Positions 23,058-35,597 of a stretch of DNA of 64,000 bases are shown here, one piece after another; position 1 is the first letter of the stretch, and each line of letters begins with the position of its first letter. Source of the stretch: Mobula hypostoma (taxonomy: Eukaryota); the NCBI RefSeq assembly GCF_963921235.1, contig NC_086108.1, positions 372,001 through 436,000 on the forward strand, given 5' to 3'. The translations under genes and the position numbers were made by a program. Under the pieces are notes generated by a model. It saw only the letters and a program-made list of their open reading frames with translations, made no database searches and was not told the DNA's origin.

Positions 23058-24400
23058 CTTCCTGTTTCTATCTTCCACCCACAGAGACTCAGTAGACAAT
23101 CCCTCCATGACTTCCTCCTTTTCTGCTGCCATGATACTATCTCTGATCAACAGTGCCACACCCCTACCTCTTCGCCTCCCTCCCTGTCCTTTCTGAAACA
23201 TCGAAAGCCTGGCACTCTAAGTAGCCATTCTTGCCCCTGAGCCATCCGTGTGTCTGTAATGTCTACAACATCATAGCTCCAAGTACTGATCCATGCTCTA
23301 AGCTGATCCGCTTTGTTCATGATACTCCTTGCATTAGAATAGACACATCTCAAACCAACAGTCTGAGCGCATCCCTTCTCTACCACCTGCCAATCCTCCC
23401 TCTCACACTGTCTACAAGCTTTCTCTATTTGTAAGCCAACCGCTCCTTCCTCCGTCACTTCAGTTCAGTTCCCACACCCCAGCAATCCTAGTTTAAACTC
23501 TCCCCAATAGCCTTAGCAAACCTTCCTGCCAAGATATTGGTCCCCCTTGGATACAAGTACAACCCGTCCTTATTGTACAGGTCACGCCTGCCCCCAAAGA
23601 GCTCCCAATGTCAAGAAATCTGAATCACTGCCCTCTGCTCCAATCCCTCAGCCCCGCATTTAACCTCCAGCTCACTCTATTCCTTTATTTACTGTCGCAT
23701 GGCACAGGCAGCAATCCTGAGATTACTACCTTTCTGGTTCTGGTTCTCAGCTTCTTTCCTAACTCCCTGTAGTCTGTTTTCAGGACTGCCTCCCTTTTCC
23801 TACCTATGTCAATGGTGCCAATATGTACCACTACCTCTGGACATTCTCCTTCCCACTTCAGGATATCGTGAACGTGATCAGGAACATCCCAGATCCTGAC
23901 ACCTACTATCCATGTTCCTTTTCTGCCTGTCTGACCCTCTAACTATATAGTCCCTTATCACTACTGCCATTCTCTTCCTTTCCCTACTCTTCTGAGCCAC
24001 AGGGCCAGATTCTGTTGCAGAGGTGCGGCCACTGTTGATTCCCCCAGGTAGCTCATCCCCCCCAACAGCACTCAAACAGGAGCACTTATTGTTAAGGAGG
24101 ACAGCCACAGGGGTGCTCTCTAGCCACTGACTCCTGCCCTTCCTTCTCCCGACTGTTACCCACTTACCTGTCTCCCGAGGCCCTCTGTGACTACTTGCTG
24201 AGAGCTCCTCTCTATCACCTCCTCACTTTCCCTGACCAGACGAAGGTCATTGAGCTGCATCTCCAATATCCTAACGTGATCCCTAAGGAGCTGCAGCTTG
24301 ACACATCTGGCACAGATGTGGTCATCTGAGAGGCTGGGAGTCTCCTGGACATCCCACATCCAACACCCAACACCCAGTACAGAACACCAATCTCACACAC
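23058..24400 (-). mobile_element. Decayed CR1 5' region (ORF1 Zn-finger/leucine zipper and esterase remnant; start of ORF2 APE)
   Basis: MWDV..DDHICARCVKLQLLRDHVRILEMQL; VVIRDYIVRG; LRCVYSNARSIMNKADQL. Confidence 0.85.
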
Positions 24401-24791
24401 ATACTTTCTATTCCTATTCTTCACAAGTAACTTACTTGTCCTCTTCCACACAGTCACCTAAACTCCCCCCAGATTCTACCCCTCACCTACCCACTAGGGG
24501 CAATTTACAATGGTCAATTAAGCTACAAGACTTTAAAGTCACCAACATAATCAGGGAATCCTCCCACCTGTCATTCTCTCTTCCTCCGATCCCCATCCTT
24601 CCCCATTGGACAGAAGATATAATAGCTCCAGAATATGAGGACAGACTCAAGGACAATTTTGAATCCACTGCTATAAGGTTCCTGCAAAGACCCATCATGC
24701 AGTAAAGATGTACTTTTGATCTCACTATCCATCTGACTTGACTTGATGCAAAATGTATTCACTGTATGTTATGATGTACATGTGACAAATA

Positions 24792-25285
24792 CACTCGGTA
24801 GCCACTCCATTAGGTATCTCCCGTATGGCAATAAAGTGGTCACAGACCGTATGTTTGTTGTCTTCTGCCTGTCTACCTCAAGGTTCAACATGGGCATTCA
24901 GAGATGCTCTTCACTGTTGTGACGTGATTATTTGAGTGACTGTCAGCTTTCCAGTCTGGCCATTCCCCTCTGACCTCTCTCATTAACAAGGTAGTTTCTC
25001 CCTCAGAACTGATGTTCACTGGATGTTATTTTTTGGGTTTCTCGCCACCTTTAAGATCAGCAGATTCGGAGATACTCAAACCATACCATCTGGCACCAAA
25101 AATCATTCCACTGTCAAAGTCACTGAGATCACATTTCTTCACCATTCTGATGTTTGGTTTGAACAACAACTGAAACTCTTTACCATATCTGCATGTTTTT
25201 AATCCATTGAGTTGCTGCCTCGTGATTGGCTGATTAGTCATTTGTATTAACGTACAATTGTACCTAATAAAGTGGCCTCTGAGTG
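24792..25285 (-). mobile_element. Internally deleted Tc1/mariner element
   Basis: TIRs CACTCGGTAGCCACTCCATTAGGTA / TACCTAATAAAGTGGCCTCTGAGTG flanked by TA; internal MVKKCDLSDFDSGMIFGAR...SISESADL HTH remnant. Confidence 0.85.
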
Positions 25286-25629
25286 TATATTCAGAACTCT
25301 GTTATTGTAATACTTCAACATACTTGGGTTCTAAATAATATGCATATCTGTCAAAGTCATTGATATCGTCATATGTGTGTACAGGTGCAGTGAAAAACTT
25401 ACTTTCAGCATTATTCATAAGAAAATAAAATTAGATACAATCTGTTCAAGAAAGAACACAATTTTTAAAAGAAGTCTATTTTAATGCAAAATGATTATTG
25501 CAAAACAAAGCTTTTCACAGTACCTCGTCCCGTGACAATAATAAATGTGAGGAAATGCAAACTTCCTGGGCAAAATACAAATGGTGATAGGGACAAGGTG
25601 CAAACTCCACACAGACAGATCAAAAGTCA

Positions 25630-25920
25630 GAGTAGCGCAGTGGTTAGAGCGACATTATTACAGCTTGGAAGGTCACCGTCTGGAGTTCAATTCCCATGCT
25701 ATCTGTAGGGAGTTCTTCCCGTGAGTGCGTGGATTTCCTCTGGATGCTCTGGTTTCTACCCACAGTCAAAAGATGTACTGGTTAGTAAGTTAATTTGTCT
25801 TTGTAAATTGTTCCGTGATTAGCCTAGCGTTAAATGGGTGGGTTGCTGGACAATGCAACTGACTGTGCTGGAAGGGCCTGTCCCCATTGTATCTCTAAAT
25901 AAAATAACATAAATAAAATA
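25630..25920 (+). mobile_element. tRNA-derived V-SINE (HE1-like)
   Basis: A box TAGCGCAGTGG, B box GTTCAATTCC, V-like block GCGTGGATTTCCTCTGGATGCTCTGGTTTC, (TAAAA)n tail. Confidence 0.75.
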
Positions 25921-26073
25921 ACTAAAAGATAGAAAGCAGGTCACTGGTGCCTTGAAGCAGCAACTCTACTGGTATCAGCATGGTGCCGTACCAGGAGTAA
26001 TCACTTGCATTGTTGGACTGCCTTTAAACACAGTCCCTGTCCCACCATTCCTCCAACACCTGTACAAACTCAC

Positions 26074-26238
26074 AGATTTTGCTTCTGGCTGTCCTCAGGA
26101 TCTTTTGCGAATTGTACCAAACTGTGTTACAGTCCACCAGGAGCTTGTAAAACCGGGGCTTAATCCATGAGCTAGACTTGATCTTCAGCATGGAGCATCC
26201 TCTGAGCATAGCCTTGATATCTTCATCCTCCATGATGC
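26074..26238 (-). CDS. Phospholipase C delta-like first PH-domain exon (open, with intact splice sites; the gene may be a pseudogene)
   Basis: GIMEDEDIKAMLRGCSMLKIKSSSWIKPRFYKLLVDCNTVWYNSQKILRTARSKI resembles PLC-delta [33 protein letters not shown]; acceptor ttttcctCAGAAG (NAGNAG, alternative start 26241); donor GTGAGT; phase 1-1. Confidence 0.92.
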
Positions 26239-26322
26239 CTTCTGAGGAAAACAGAGGATACATCAGGCTGAAAAATAGAGGATGCAGGGCTGGGGCAGTG
26301 AATGGGAATTGGATGGGGTGGG

Positions 26323-28437
26323 CATAGAACATATAATAGAATAACAGCACAGCACAGGCCCTTTGGCCCACAATGTTGTGCTGACCCTCAAACCCTGCCT
26401 CCCATATAACCCCCCACCTTAAATTCTTCCATATACCTGTCTAGTAGTCTCTTAAACTTCTCTAGTGTATCTGCCTCCACCACTGACTCAGGCAGTGCAT
26501 TCCACGCACCAACCACTCTCTGAGTAAAAAACCTTCCTCTAATATCCCCCTTGAACTTCCCACCCCTTACCTTAAACCCAGGTCCTCTTGTATTGAGCAG
26601 TGGTGCCTTGGGGAAGAGGCGCTGGCTATCCGCTCTATCTATTCCTCTTATTATCTTGTACACCTCTATCCTGTCTCCTCTCATCCTCCTTCTCTGCAAA
26701 GAGTAAAGCCCTAGCTCCCTTAACCTCTGATCATAATGCATACTCTCTAAACCAGGTAGCATCCTGGTGAATCTCCTCTGTACCCTTTCCAATGCTTCCA
26801 CATCCTTCCTATAGTGAGGCGACCAGAACAGGACACAGTACTCCAAGTGTGGCCTAACCAGTGTTTTATAGAGCTGCATCATTACATCGCGACTCTTAAA
26901 CTCTATCCCTCGACTTATGAAAGCTAACACCCCATAAGCTTTCTTAACCACCCTATCCACCTGTGAGGCAACTTTCAGGGGTCTGTGGACATTTACCCCC
27001 AGATCCCTCTGCTCCTCCACACTACCAAGTATCCTGCCATTTACTTTGTACTCTGCCTTGGAGTTTGCCCTTCCAAAGTGTACCACCTCACACTTCTCCT
27101 GGTTGAACTCCATCTGCCACTTCTCAGCCCACTTCTGCATCCTATCAATGTCTCTCTGCAATCTTCGACAATCCTCGACACTATCTACAACACCACCAAC
27201 CTTTGTGTTGTCTGCAAACTTGCCAACCCACCCTTCTACCCCCACATCCAGGTCGTTAATAAAAATTTGGAAAAGTAGAGGTCCCAGAGCAGATCCTTGT
27301 GGGACACCACTAGTCACAATCCTCCAATCTGAATGTAATTCCTCCACCACCACCCTCTGCCTTCTGCAGGCAAGCCAATTCTGAATCCACCTGGCCAAAT
27401 TTCCCTGGATCCCATGCCTTCTGACTTTCTGAATAAGCCTACCGTGTGGAACCTTGTCAAATGCCTTACTAAAAAATCCATGTAGATCACATCCACTGCA
27501 CAATCCTCATCTATATGCCTGCTCACCTCCTCAAAGAACTCTATCAGGCTTCTTAGACATGATCTGCCCTTCACAAAGCCATGTTGACTGTCCCTGATTA
27601 GACCATGATTCTCTAAATGCCCACAGATCCTATCTCTAAGAATCTTTTCCAACATCTTTCCCACCACAGATGTAAGGCTCACTAGTCTATAATTACCCGG
27701 ACTATCCCTACTACCTTTTTTGAACAAGGGGACAACATTCGCCTCCCTCCAATCCTCTGGTACCATTCCCGTGGACAACGAGCACATAAAGATCCTAGCC
27801 AGAGGCTCAGCAATCTCTTCCCTCGCCTCGTGGAGCAGCCTGGGGAATATTCCGTCAGGCCCTGGGGACTTATCCGTCCTAATGTATTTTAACAACTCCA
27901 ACACCTCCTCTCCCTTAATATCAACGTGTTCCAGAACATCAACCTCACTCATATTGTCCTCACCATCATCAAGTTCCCTCTCATTGGTGAATACCGAAGA
28001 GAAGTATTCATTGAGGACCTCGCTCACTTCCACAGCCTCCAGGCACATCTTCCCACCTTTATCTCTAATCGGTCCTACCTTCACTCCTGTCATCCTTTTT
28101 CACTTCACATAATTGAAGAATGCCTTGGGGTTTTCCTTTACCCTACTCGCCAAGGCCTTCTCATGCCCCCTTCTTGCTCTTCTCAGCCCCTTCTTAAGCT
28201 CCTTTCTTGCTACCCTATATTCCTCAATAGACCCATCTGATCCCTGCTTCCTCAACCTCATGTATGCTGCCTTCTTCCACCTGAATAGATTTTCCACCTC
28301 ACTTGTCACCCATGGTTCCTTCACCCTACCATTCTTTATCTTCCTCACCGGGACAAATTTATCCCTAACATCCGGCAAGAGATCTCTAAACATCGACCAC
28401 ATGTCCATAGTACATTTCCCTGCAAAAACATCATCCC
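26323..28437 (-). mobile_element. 5'-truncated CR1 (family B)
   Basis: RT fragments 28100-28437, 27314-28093 and 26388-27503; TTCTATG-type tail; highly similar to 46783-48565. Confidence 0.95.
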
Positions 28438-28604
28438 ATGTGCTGTCAACATGAGATATCAACTCTTTATTCCTCTCCATAGATGCTGACTGTCCTGCCG
28501 AGTTCCTCCAGTATTCTGCACGTGATGTTTTGAAACATAGTGATGATTGTGTTATAAACAAATACAACAACTGATTTCCATTTAGGGTCCACAAAGTCAA
28601 TTCA

Positions 28605-28990
28605 GCACAATATATAGTAGCAGAATTTGGCCATCAAGTCTGCTCTGCCAATCCATCATGGCTGATTTATTATACTTCTCAACCCGATTCTTTTACCTTA
28701 TTGCTCTAAGCTTTGAAGCACTTACTAATCAAAAAACTATCAACCTTTGCTTCAAATATACCCAATTATTTGGCCTCCATAGCCATCTGTGGCAGAGTAC
28801 GCCACAGATTCACCATCTTCTGGCTGAAGAAATTCCTCCTCTGTTCTACAGGTCTGCCCTTCTACTCTGAGGCTCTCCTCTCTGGTCTTGGGCTCTCCCA
28901 CTATTGGAAACATCCTGTCCACGTCCACTCTATCTAGCCTTTCAACATTCGATAGGTTTCAATGAAATCCCCCCTCATTCTTCTAGACTC
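28605..28990 (-). mobile_element. Old CR1 3' end
   Basis: CCACAGATTCACCATCTTCTGGCTGAAGAAATTCCTCCT and similar blocks are the reverse complement of the CR1 ORF2 C-terminus/3'UTR. Confidence 0.75.
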
Positions 28991-29224
28991 AAGTTTTTTG
29001 CGACTTCAAAACATTAAGCTAAATCAGAGGAAGTCACAGGAGTCTCACATTGACTTTATTTTAAGCAAGGTGTGCACATATCATGGGCAGTGTGGTGACA
29101 TATATAATCCACATTTACATATATAACCCATAATGAATTACTTCAATGAACAAAGAATGCTTATCCAACAATATAATTATAATATTACTCAAATATTAAA
29201 TATACAACAAAAACCATCTGACAC

Positions 29225-29652
29225 TTTGTACAACTGCTATTAATGCAAATATAGAATCAATCAACTAGATGGCAGTAAATCAGTGTATAAGAGCATGCAG
29301 ACATGGCCAAGAGGTTCAGTTTTGTTTGGACCAAACATCCGAATGGGGAAGAAATGTGATCTGAGCAAGTTTGACCATTAATTGATTGTTGGTGCCAGAA
29401 GGGGTGGTTTGATTATCTCAGAAACTGCTGATCCCTTGGGATTTTCAAGCACAACAAAACAACTATCCAGTGAACAACAGTTCTGTGGGCAAAAATCGAA
29501 AGATATCAGAGGAGAATGGCTAGTTCAAACTGACAGGAAGGCAGAAGACACTCAGAAAATCACACGTTACAATGTGGAGTACATCTCTAACTGCACAACA
29601 TGAAGTGAGTGCACTACAGTAGCAGAAGACTTTGAACATACGCTCAGTGGCT
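29225..29652 (+). mobile_element. Tc1 relic of the same family as 24792-25285
   Basis: IRMGKKCDLS..IVGARRGGLIISETAD..GFS remnant. Confidence 0.7.
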
Positions 29653-29761
29653 ACAAGAAACCACTGACTGTATTTTATATTAAATTTGCCTATACATTTA
29701 ATCTCTCAGACTCTCTCTCTCATACACACATGGACAGATCTATTTATACTACCACTTGTAC

Positions 29762-30495
29762 CTTCCTCAGCTCCACCAGAATTAGGATTCCAGACTTCTG
29801 TGTTTTTTTACCAGATCCAGGGACTCCTCTTTCCAACTTGTTGATTTCTTTTCCCCATCTTCAGACACCACTTCTCTTACTCTGGGAACCAGTCTGCCTT
29901 GCTCCTGTCTACTTTTTTGCCCATCTCTGCTGGCATTGCGACCTACACGTTGCTGTCCTCTTTTTTGTCGTGATCTCGTTGATCGCTCCATCTCCTTGGC
30001 TGATCTCTTCCCCACAGACCCCTTTTGTTGACTTTCTGGTCTCTCACCTTCCGACTTCATTCCCCCACTCAGCTGAACATATCTGGTGACATCCAGCTCA
30101 GCGCGCAGTCTCTCTTCGTCATTCCATTCCTGCTCATCCTTGATGGTTGCTTGGCTCACCTTTCTGTTTTTCACTCTCCCATTCCCAGTAAACCATTGTT
30201 CAGCCACTGGCTTCCTCTTTGGACGAGCTACCCCCTGAAGTAAGTGCCCGACAGCTGGCTTGGACCTTAGCCTTCTAACTGCCAGTTCCTGGGGCCTAGC
30301 TCCTTGCTCCTTTCCTTCATCCTCACCACAATCTTCTAGCTGGTTGGTGCTAGTTCTAGGATTGGCTGCCCCAGATTGGGGGCCCTTCCTGATGAACTTC
30401 TGGCAGGCCCACCAGCTGAAGGCAATGGCAGCCCCGCCCGCCGACAGTCCGAGAACCACCAGCACAGGAAGCATCCGTGAAACATGAAGCTGCAT
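29762..30495 (-). CDS. Candidate first coding exon of the PLC-delta-like gene (hydrophobic segment plus charged linker), needing one frameshift
   Basis: Non-repeat part of ORF 29782-30726: MQLHVSRMLPVLVVLGLSAGGAAIAFSWWACQKFIRK, then an E/K/R/Q-rich region. Removing one base from the A7 run (29803-29809) extends the frame to a phase-1 G|GTACAA donor compatible with the 26238 exon. Confidence 0.4.
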
Positions 30496-31608
30496 GCCTG
30501 ACCCGAAGGAATACTTAAGAACTGGAAATGATATTCCAGGGAGAAAGAGACCTCTGCGATGGTCTTCGCCAACTTTGCAGTTAACAGATGGACTCATGAC
30601 CTCATAATCTACCTCATTATGATCTCGCTCGTGACCTCCACAAGAAAATAAAGAGTGCTGTGGAAACGGCTCAGCACACCATGGAAACCAGCCTCTTGTA
30701 CGACAACAAACCGGCCATGACCTCACAATCTACCTCATTATCATCTTGCAGGAAAATGCAGGGTGTTATGAATACAGCGCCAAATTCAACTTCACCAATA
30801 TGGACTCTGTCTACGCTTCTCACTGCCTCAGTAGAGCAGCAAGCAGACCAAAGACCTCTCCCACATTCTTTCTTATCCCCTCTCCCATCCAGTAGGAAAT
30901 GCAAAAGCCCAAGAACATGTGCCACAAGGTTCAAGGACAGCTTCTACTCCCATCTATCTTTGACAATATACAGATATAATAAGGACAATTAAGAAACTTC
31001 ATGTTCAAAGTTCAAAGTAAATATATTATCAAAGTGCACACACTATTGTGCAAAAGTCTTAGGCACGTGTGTACAGCTAGGGTGTGGAAGACGTTTACAG
31101 AGTACTTCAGTGATTTTATGTATTGCACAGTACTGCTGCCATGAAAAAAATTCCATTACATCGTGAGGGATGATAAACCTGATTCTGATATGGGTCTCTA
31201 TTGTGGACTGAGTTTGGGAAGGGGGCAGGAAGAGAAAAATGGGGAAGAGAAAGGGGAGGGAATGGAAACCAAAGAGACATTCTCTCATAATCGATAAAGA
31301 AATTTAACTGAGAAGGTTACGCACTGCACTCTCCCCCAACCACCCAGTCTCTCACTCTCTCTCCAACTGCCTATATTAGACTGTCAACCAGAAAACTTTG
31401 TAAACAACATCACCTATACAATCCTCCTGGCCTCCTAACTATCCTATCAATTCCTCCCTTTCACCTTTGCACCTTGAAATTAACTTCGCCAGTTCTAACA
31501 AAGGGTCTTTAACAGGAAATGTTAACTCTAATCTACAGCACTGCTTGAATGCATTTTGATGTCTTTTTCCTCTTTTGTCATCATCATTGCTAATTTAGTA
31601 AGGAGATT

Positions 31609-31651
<43 letters not shown>
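31609..31651 (+). repeat. (TG)n(AG)n compound microsatellite
   Basis: Seen directly; its counterpart at 55480-55550 is about 30 bp longer. Confidence 0.95.
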
Positions 31652-31652
<1 letters not shown>

Positions 31653-32671
31653 CACTATATATGGTGATGAGCAATCTAGATTCAGTCCTGACTGGAGTCC
31701 AATCTGTGTGAATTTTACACATTATTTCTGTGATCATGTAGACTTGCCCTGGATGCTCCACTTTCCTCTTAAATCCCAAAGGCACGTGGGTCAGTAAGTT
31801 AACTAACTGCTGGAAATTGTCCCAAATCCAGGGACAATGAAAATTAGTGGAAGAATGGAATTGCTGTGGTCTTTATGTGGTATCGACTTACCTCCTTTCA
31901 TATCATAAACAGACAGGCCTTTCAGCCTATAGTGTCTATTCCAACCATCCCATTTACCAGCATTTGATCTCAGTAAGTCAGACAGCATCTGTGAAGGCAG
32001 AGGGGTGGTTAGAGTTTCGGATTTTGGACTCTGAAGCAGGAGCCTGATGCAGTGTCTTGACCTGACTGCTGATCATCTCTTTGTTTCCATAGATGTTTCT
32101 TTAAATTATACCAGAACCACCCTGAACTGATGCAAGGAACAGTCAAGGCAGTTTGACCATAATGTTAAGCCAACCTACTCAGAGAATAATCTAACCCTTC
32201 TCTCCCACATAGTCCTTCAGTTTTCTTTCATCCATTGCCTATCTATTTTAAATTATCCTCATGTATCTACTTCTATCAGCACCCTGGCAGTGCATTCCAC
32301 ACACGAACTCTCTGCAATAACCTGACTATGACTTTTTCCCTTCAATCACCTTAAAATAATGCCCTCTCATACTAGCCAACGCCACCCGGGACAAAAGCAC
32401 TGGCTGGCCACTCTGTTTCAAATGTTCCCTCACACAAGATGATGCTGTTCCTGAAGCTCACTTTGAACCTCTTTCAGACAGTCCATGAGACCACCGAGAG
32501 GCATCAGAATAGTAGAGTTATAGGGGTAAAGGATTTTACTCCTACCCATAGTAATAGGATTTTACCTCATCAACTGTGATAATTTTAGTATTAAAGACTG
32601 GAGACAGGAAAGTGATAGTGGTTAGTTTTTGTGATTTCAAGTCTATGGCCAGTGGTATTGAAGTGTGTGAA

Positions 32672-35575
32672 ACATAGAAACATAGAAACATAGAAAATAG
32701 GTGCAGGAGTAGGCCATTCGGCCCTTCGAGCCTGCACCGCCATTTATTATGATCATGGCTGATCATCCAACTCAGAACCCAGCCTTCCCTCCATACCCCC
32801 TGACCCCTGTAGCCACAAGGGCCATATCTAACTTCCTTTTAAACATAGCTAATGAACTGGCCTCAACAGTTTGCTGTGGCAGAGAATTCCACAGATTCAC
32901 CACTCTCTGTGTGAAGAAGTTTTTCCTAACCTCGGTCCTAAAAGGCTTCCCCTCTATCCTCAAACTGTGACCCCTCGTTCTAGACCTCCCCAACATCGGG
33001 AACAATCTTCCTGCATCTAGCCTGTCCAATCCCTTTAGGATCTTATACGTTTCAATCAGATCCCCCCTCAATCTTCTAAATTCCAACGAGTACAAGCCCA
33101 GTTCATCCAGTCTTTCTTCATATGAAAGACCTGCCATCCCAGGAATCAATCTGGTGAACCTTCTTTGTACTCCCTCTATGGCAAAGATGTCTTTCCTCAG
33201 ATTAGGGGACCAAAACTGCACACAATACTCCAGGTGTGGTCTCACCAAGGCCTTGTACAACTGCAGTAGTACCTCCCTGCTCCTGTACTCGAATCCTCTC
33301 GCTATAAATGCCAGCATACCGTTCGCCTTTTTCACCGCCTGCTGTACCTGCATGCCCACTTTCAATGACTGGTGTATAATGACACCCAGGTCTCGTTGCA
33401 CCTCCCCTTTTCCTAATCGGCCACCATTCAGATAATAATCTGTTTTCCTATTTTTGCCACCAAAGTGGATAACTTCACATTTATCCACATTAAATTGCAT
33501 CTGCCATGAGTTTGCCCACTCACCCAACCTATCCAAGTCACTCTGCATCCTCTTAGCATCCTCCTCACTGCTAACACTGCCACCCAGCTTCGTGTCATCC
33601 GCAAACTTGGAGATGCTGCATTTAATTCCCTCATCCAAGTCATTAATATATATTGTAAACAACTGGGGTCCCAGCACTGAGCCTTGCGGTACCCCACTAG
33701 TCACCGCCTGCCATTCTGAAAAGGTCCCGTTTATTCCCACTCTTTGCTTCCTGTCTGCTAACCAATTCTCCACCCACACCAATACCTTACCCCCAATACC
33801 GTGTGCTTTAAGTTTGCACACTAATCTCCTATGTGGGACCTTGTCAAAAGCCTTTTGAAAATCCAAATATACCACATCCACTGGTTCTCCCTTATCCACT
33901 CTACTAGTTACATCCTCAAAAAATTCTATGAGATTCGTCAGACATGATTTTCCTTTCACAAATCCATGCTGACTTTGTCCGATCATTTCACCGCTTTCCA
34001 AATGTGCTGTTATCACATCCTTGATAACTGACTCCAGCAGTTTCCCCACCACCGACGTTAGGCTAACCGGCCTATAATTCCCCGGTTTCTCTCTCCCTCC
34101 TTTTTTAAAAAGTGGGGTTACATTAGCCACCCTCCAATCCTCAGGAACTAGTCCAGAATCTAACGAGTTTTGAAAAATTATCACTAATGCATCCACTATT
34201 TCTTGGGCCACTTCCTTAAGCACTCTGGGATGCAGACCATCTGGCCCTGGGGATTTATCTGCCTTCAATCCCTTCAATTTACCTAACACCACTTCCCTAC
34301 TAACATGTATTTCGCTCAGTTCCTCCATCTCACTGGACCCTCTGTCCCTTACTATTTCTGGAAGATTATTTATGTCCTCCTTAGTGAAGACAGAACCAAA
34401 GTAATTATTCAATTGGTCTGCCATGTCCTTGCTCCCCATAATCAATTCACCTGTTTCTGTTTGCAGGGGACCTACATTTGTCTTTATCAGTCTTTTCCTT
34501 TTTACATATCTATAAAAGCTTTTACAGTCCGTTTTTATGTTCTCTGCCAGTTTTCTCTCATAATCTTTTTTCCCCTTCCTAATTAAGCCCTTTGTCCTCC
34601 TCTGCTGAACTCTGAATTTCTCCCAGTCCTCAGGTGAGCCACTTTCTCTGGCTAATTTGTATGCTACTTCTTTGGAATTGATACTATCCCTAATTTCTCT
34701 TGTCAGCCACGGGTGCACTACCTTCCTTGATTTATTCTTTTGCCAAACTGGGATGAACAATTGTTGTAGTTCATCCATGCAACCTTTAAATGCCTGCCAT
34801 TGCATATCCACCGTCAATCCTTGAAGTGTCATTTGCCAGTCTATCTTAGCTAATTCATGTCTCATACCTTCAAAGTTACCCCTCTTTAAGTTCAGAACCT
34901 TTGTTTCTGAATTAACTACGTCACTCTCCATGTTAATGAAGAATTCCACCATATTATGGTCACTCTTACCCAAGGGGCCTCTCACGACAAGATCGCTAAT
35001 TAACCCTTCCTCATTGCTCAAAACCCAGTCCAGAATAGCCTGCTCTCTAGTCGGTTCCTCGACATGTTGGTTCAAAAAACCATCCCGCATACATTCCAAG
35101 AAATCCTCTTCCTCAGCACCTTTACCAATTTGGTTCACCCAGTCTACATGTAGATTGAAGTCACCCATTATAACTGCTGTTCCTTTATTGCACACATTTC
35201 TAATTTCCTGTTTAATACCATCTCCGACCTCACTACTACTGTTAGGTGGCCTGTACACAACTCCCACCAGCGTCTTCTGCCCCTTAGTGTTACGCAGCTC
35301 TACCCATATCGATTCCACATCTTCCCGGCTTATGTCCTTCCTTTCTATTGCGTTAATCTCTTTTTTAACCAGCAACGCCACCCCACCTCCCCTTCCTTCG
35401 TGTCTATCCCTCCTGAATATTGAATATCCCTGAACGTTGAGCTCCCATCCCTGGTCACCCTGGAGCCATGTCTCTGTGATCCCAACTATATCATAATCAT
35501 TAATAACAATCTGCACTTTCAATTCATCCACCTTATTACGAATGCTCCTTGCATTGACACATAAAGCCATAAAGC
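32672..35575 (-). mobile_element. Young CR1 (family A) with an uninterrupted 932-aa APE-RT ORF2, no ORF1
   Basis: ORF 32772-35570 has NARS, ITETWL, GDFN, SDH, QGSVLGP, FADD; 3' tail; TSD GTGAA at 32667-32671 and 35576-35580. Confidence 0.97.
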
Positions 35576-35597
35576 GTGAAGGGAACGCTTTGGATTT

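Noticed and set aside
30596..30750. Direct repeat CATGACCTCA(T/C)AATCTACCTCATTAT, twice
   Set aside because: Appears to be two relics of a LINE 3'-tail repeat; this makes the first ~45 aa of ORF 29782-30726 repeat-derived.
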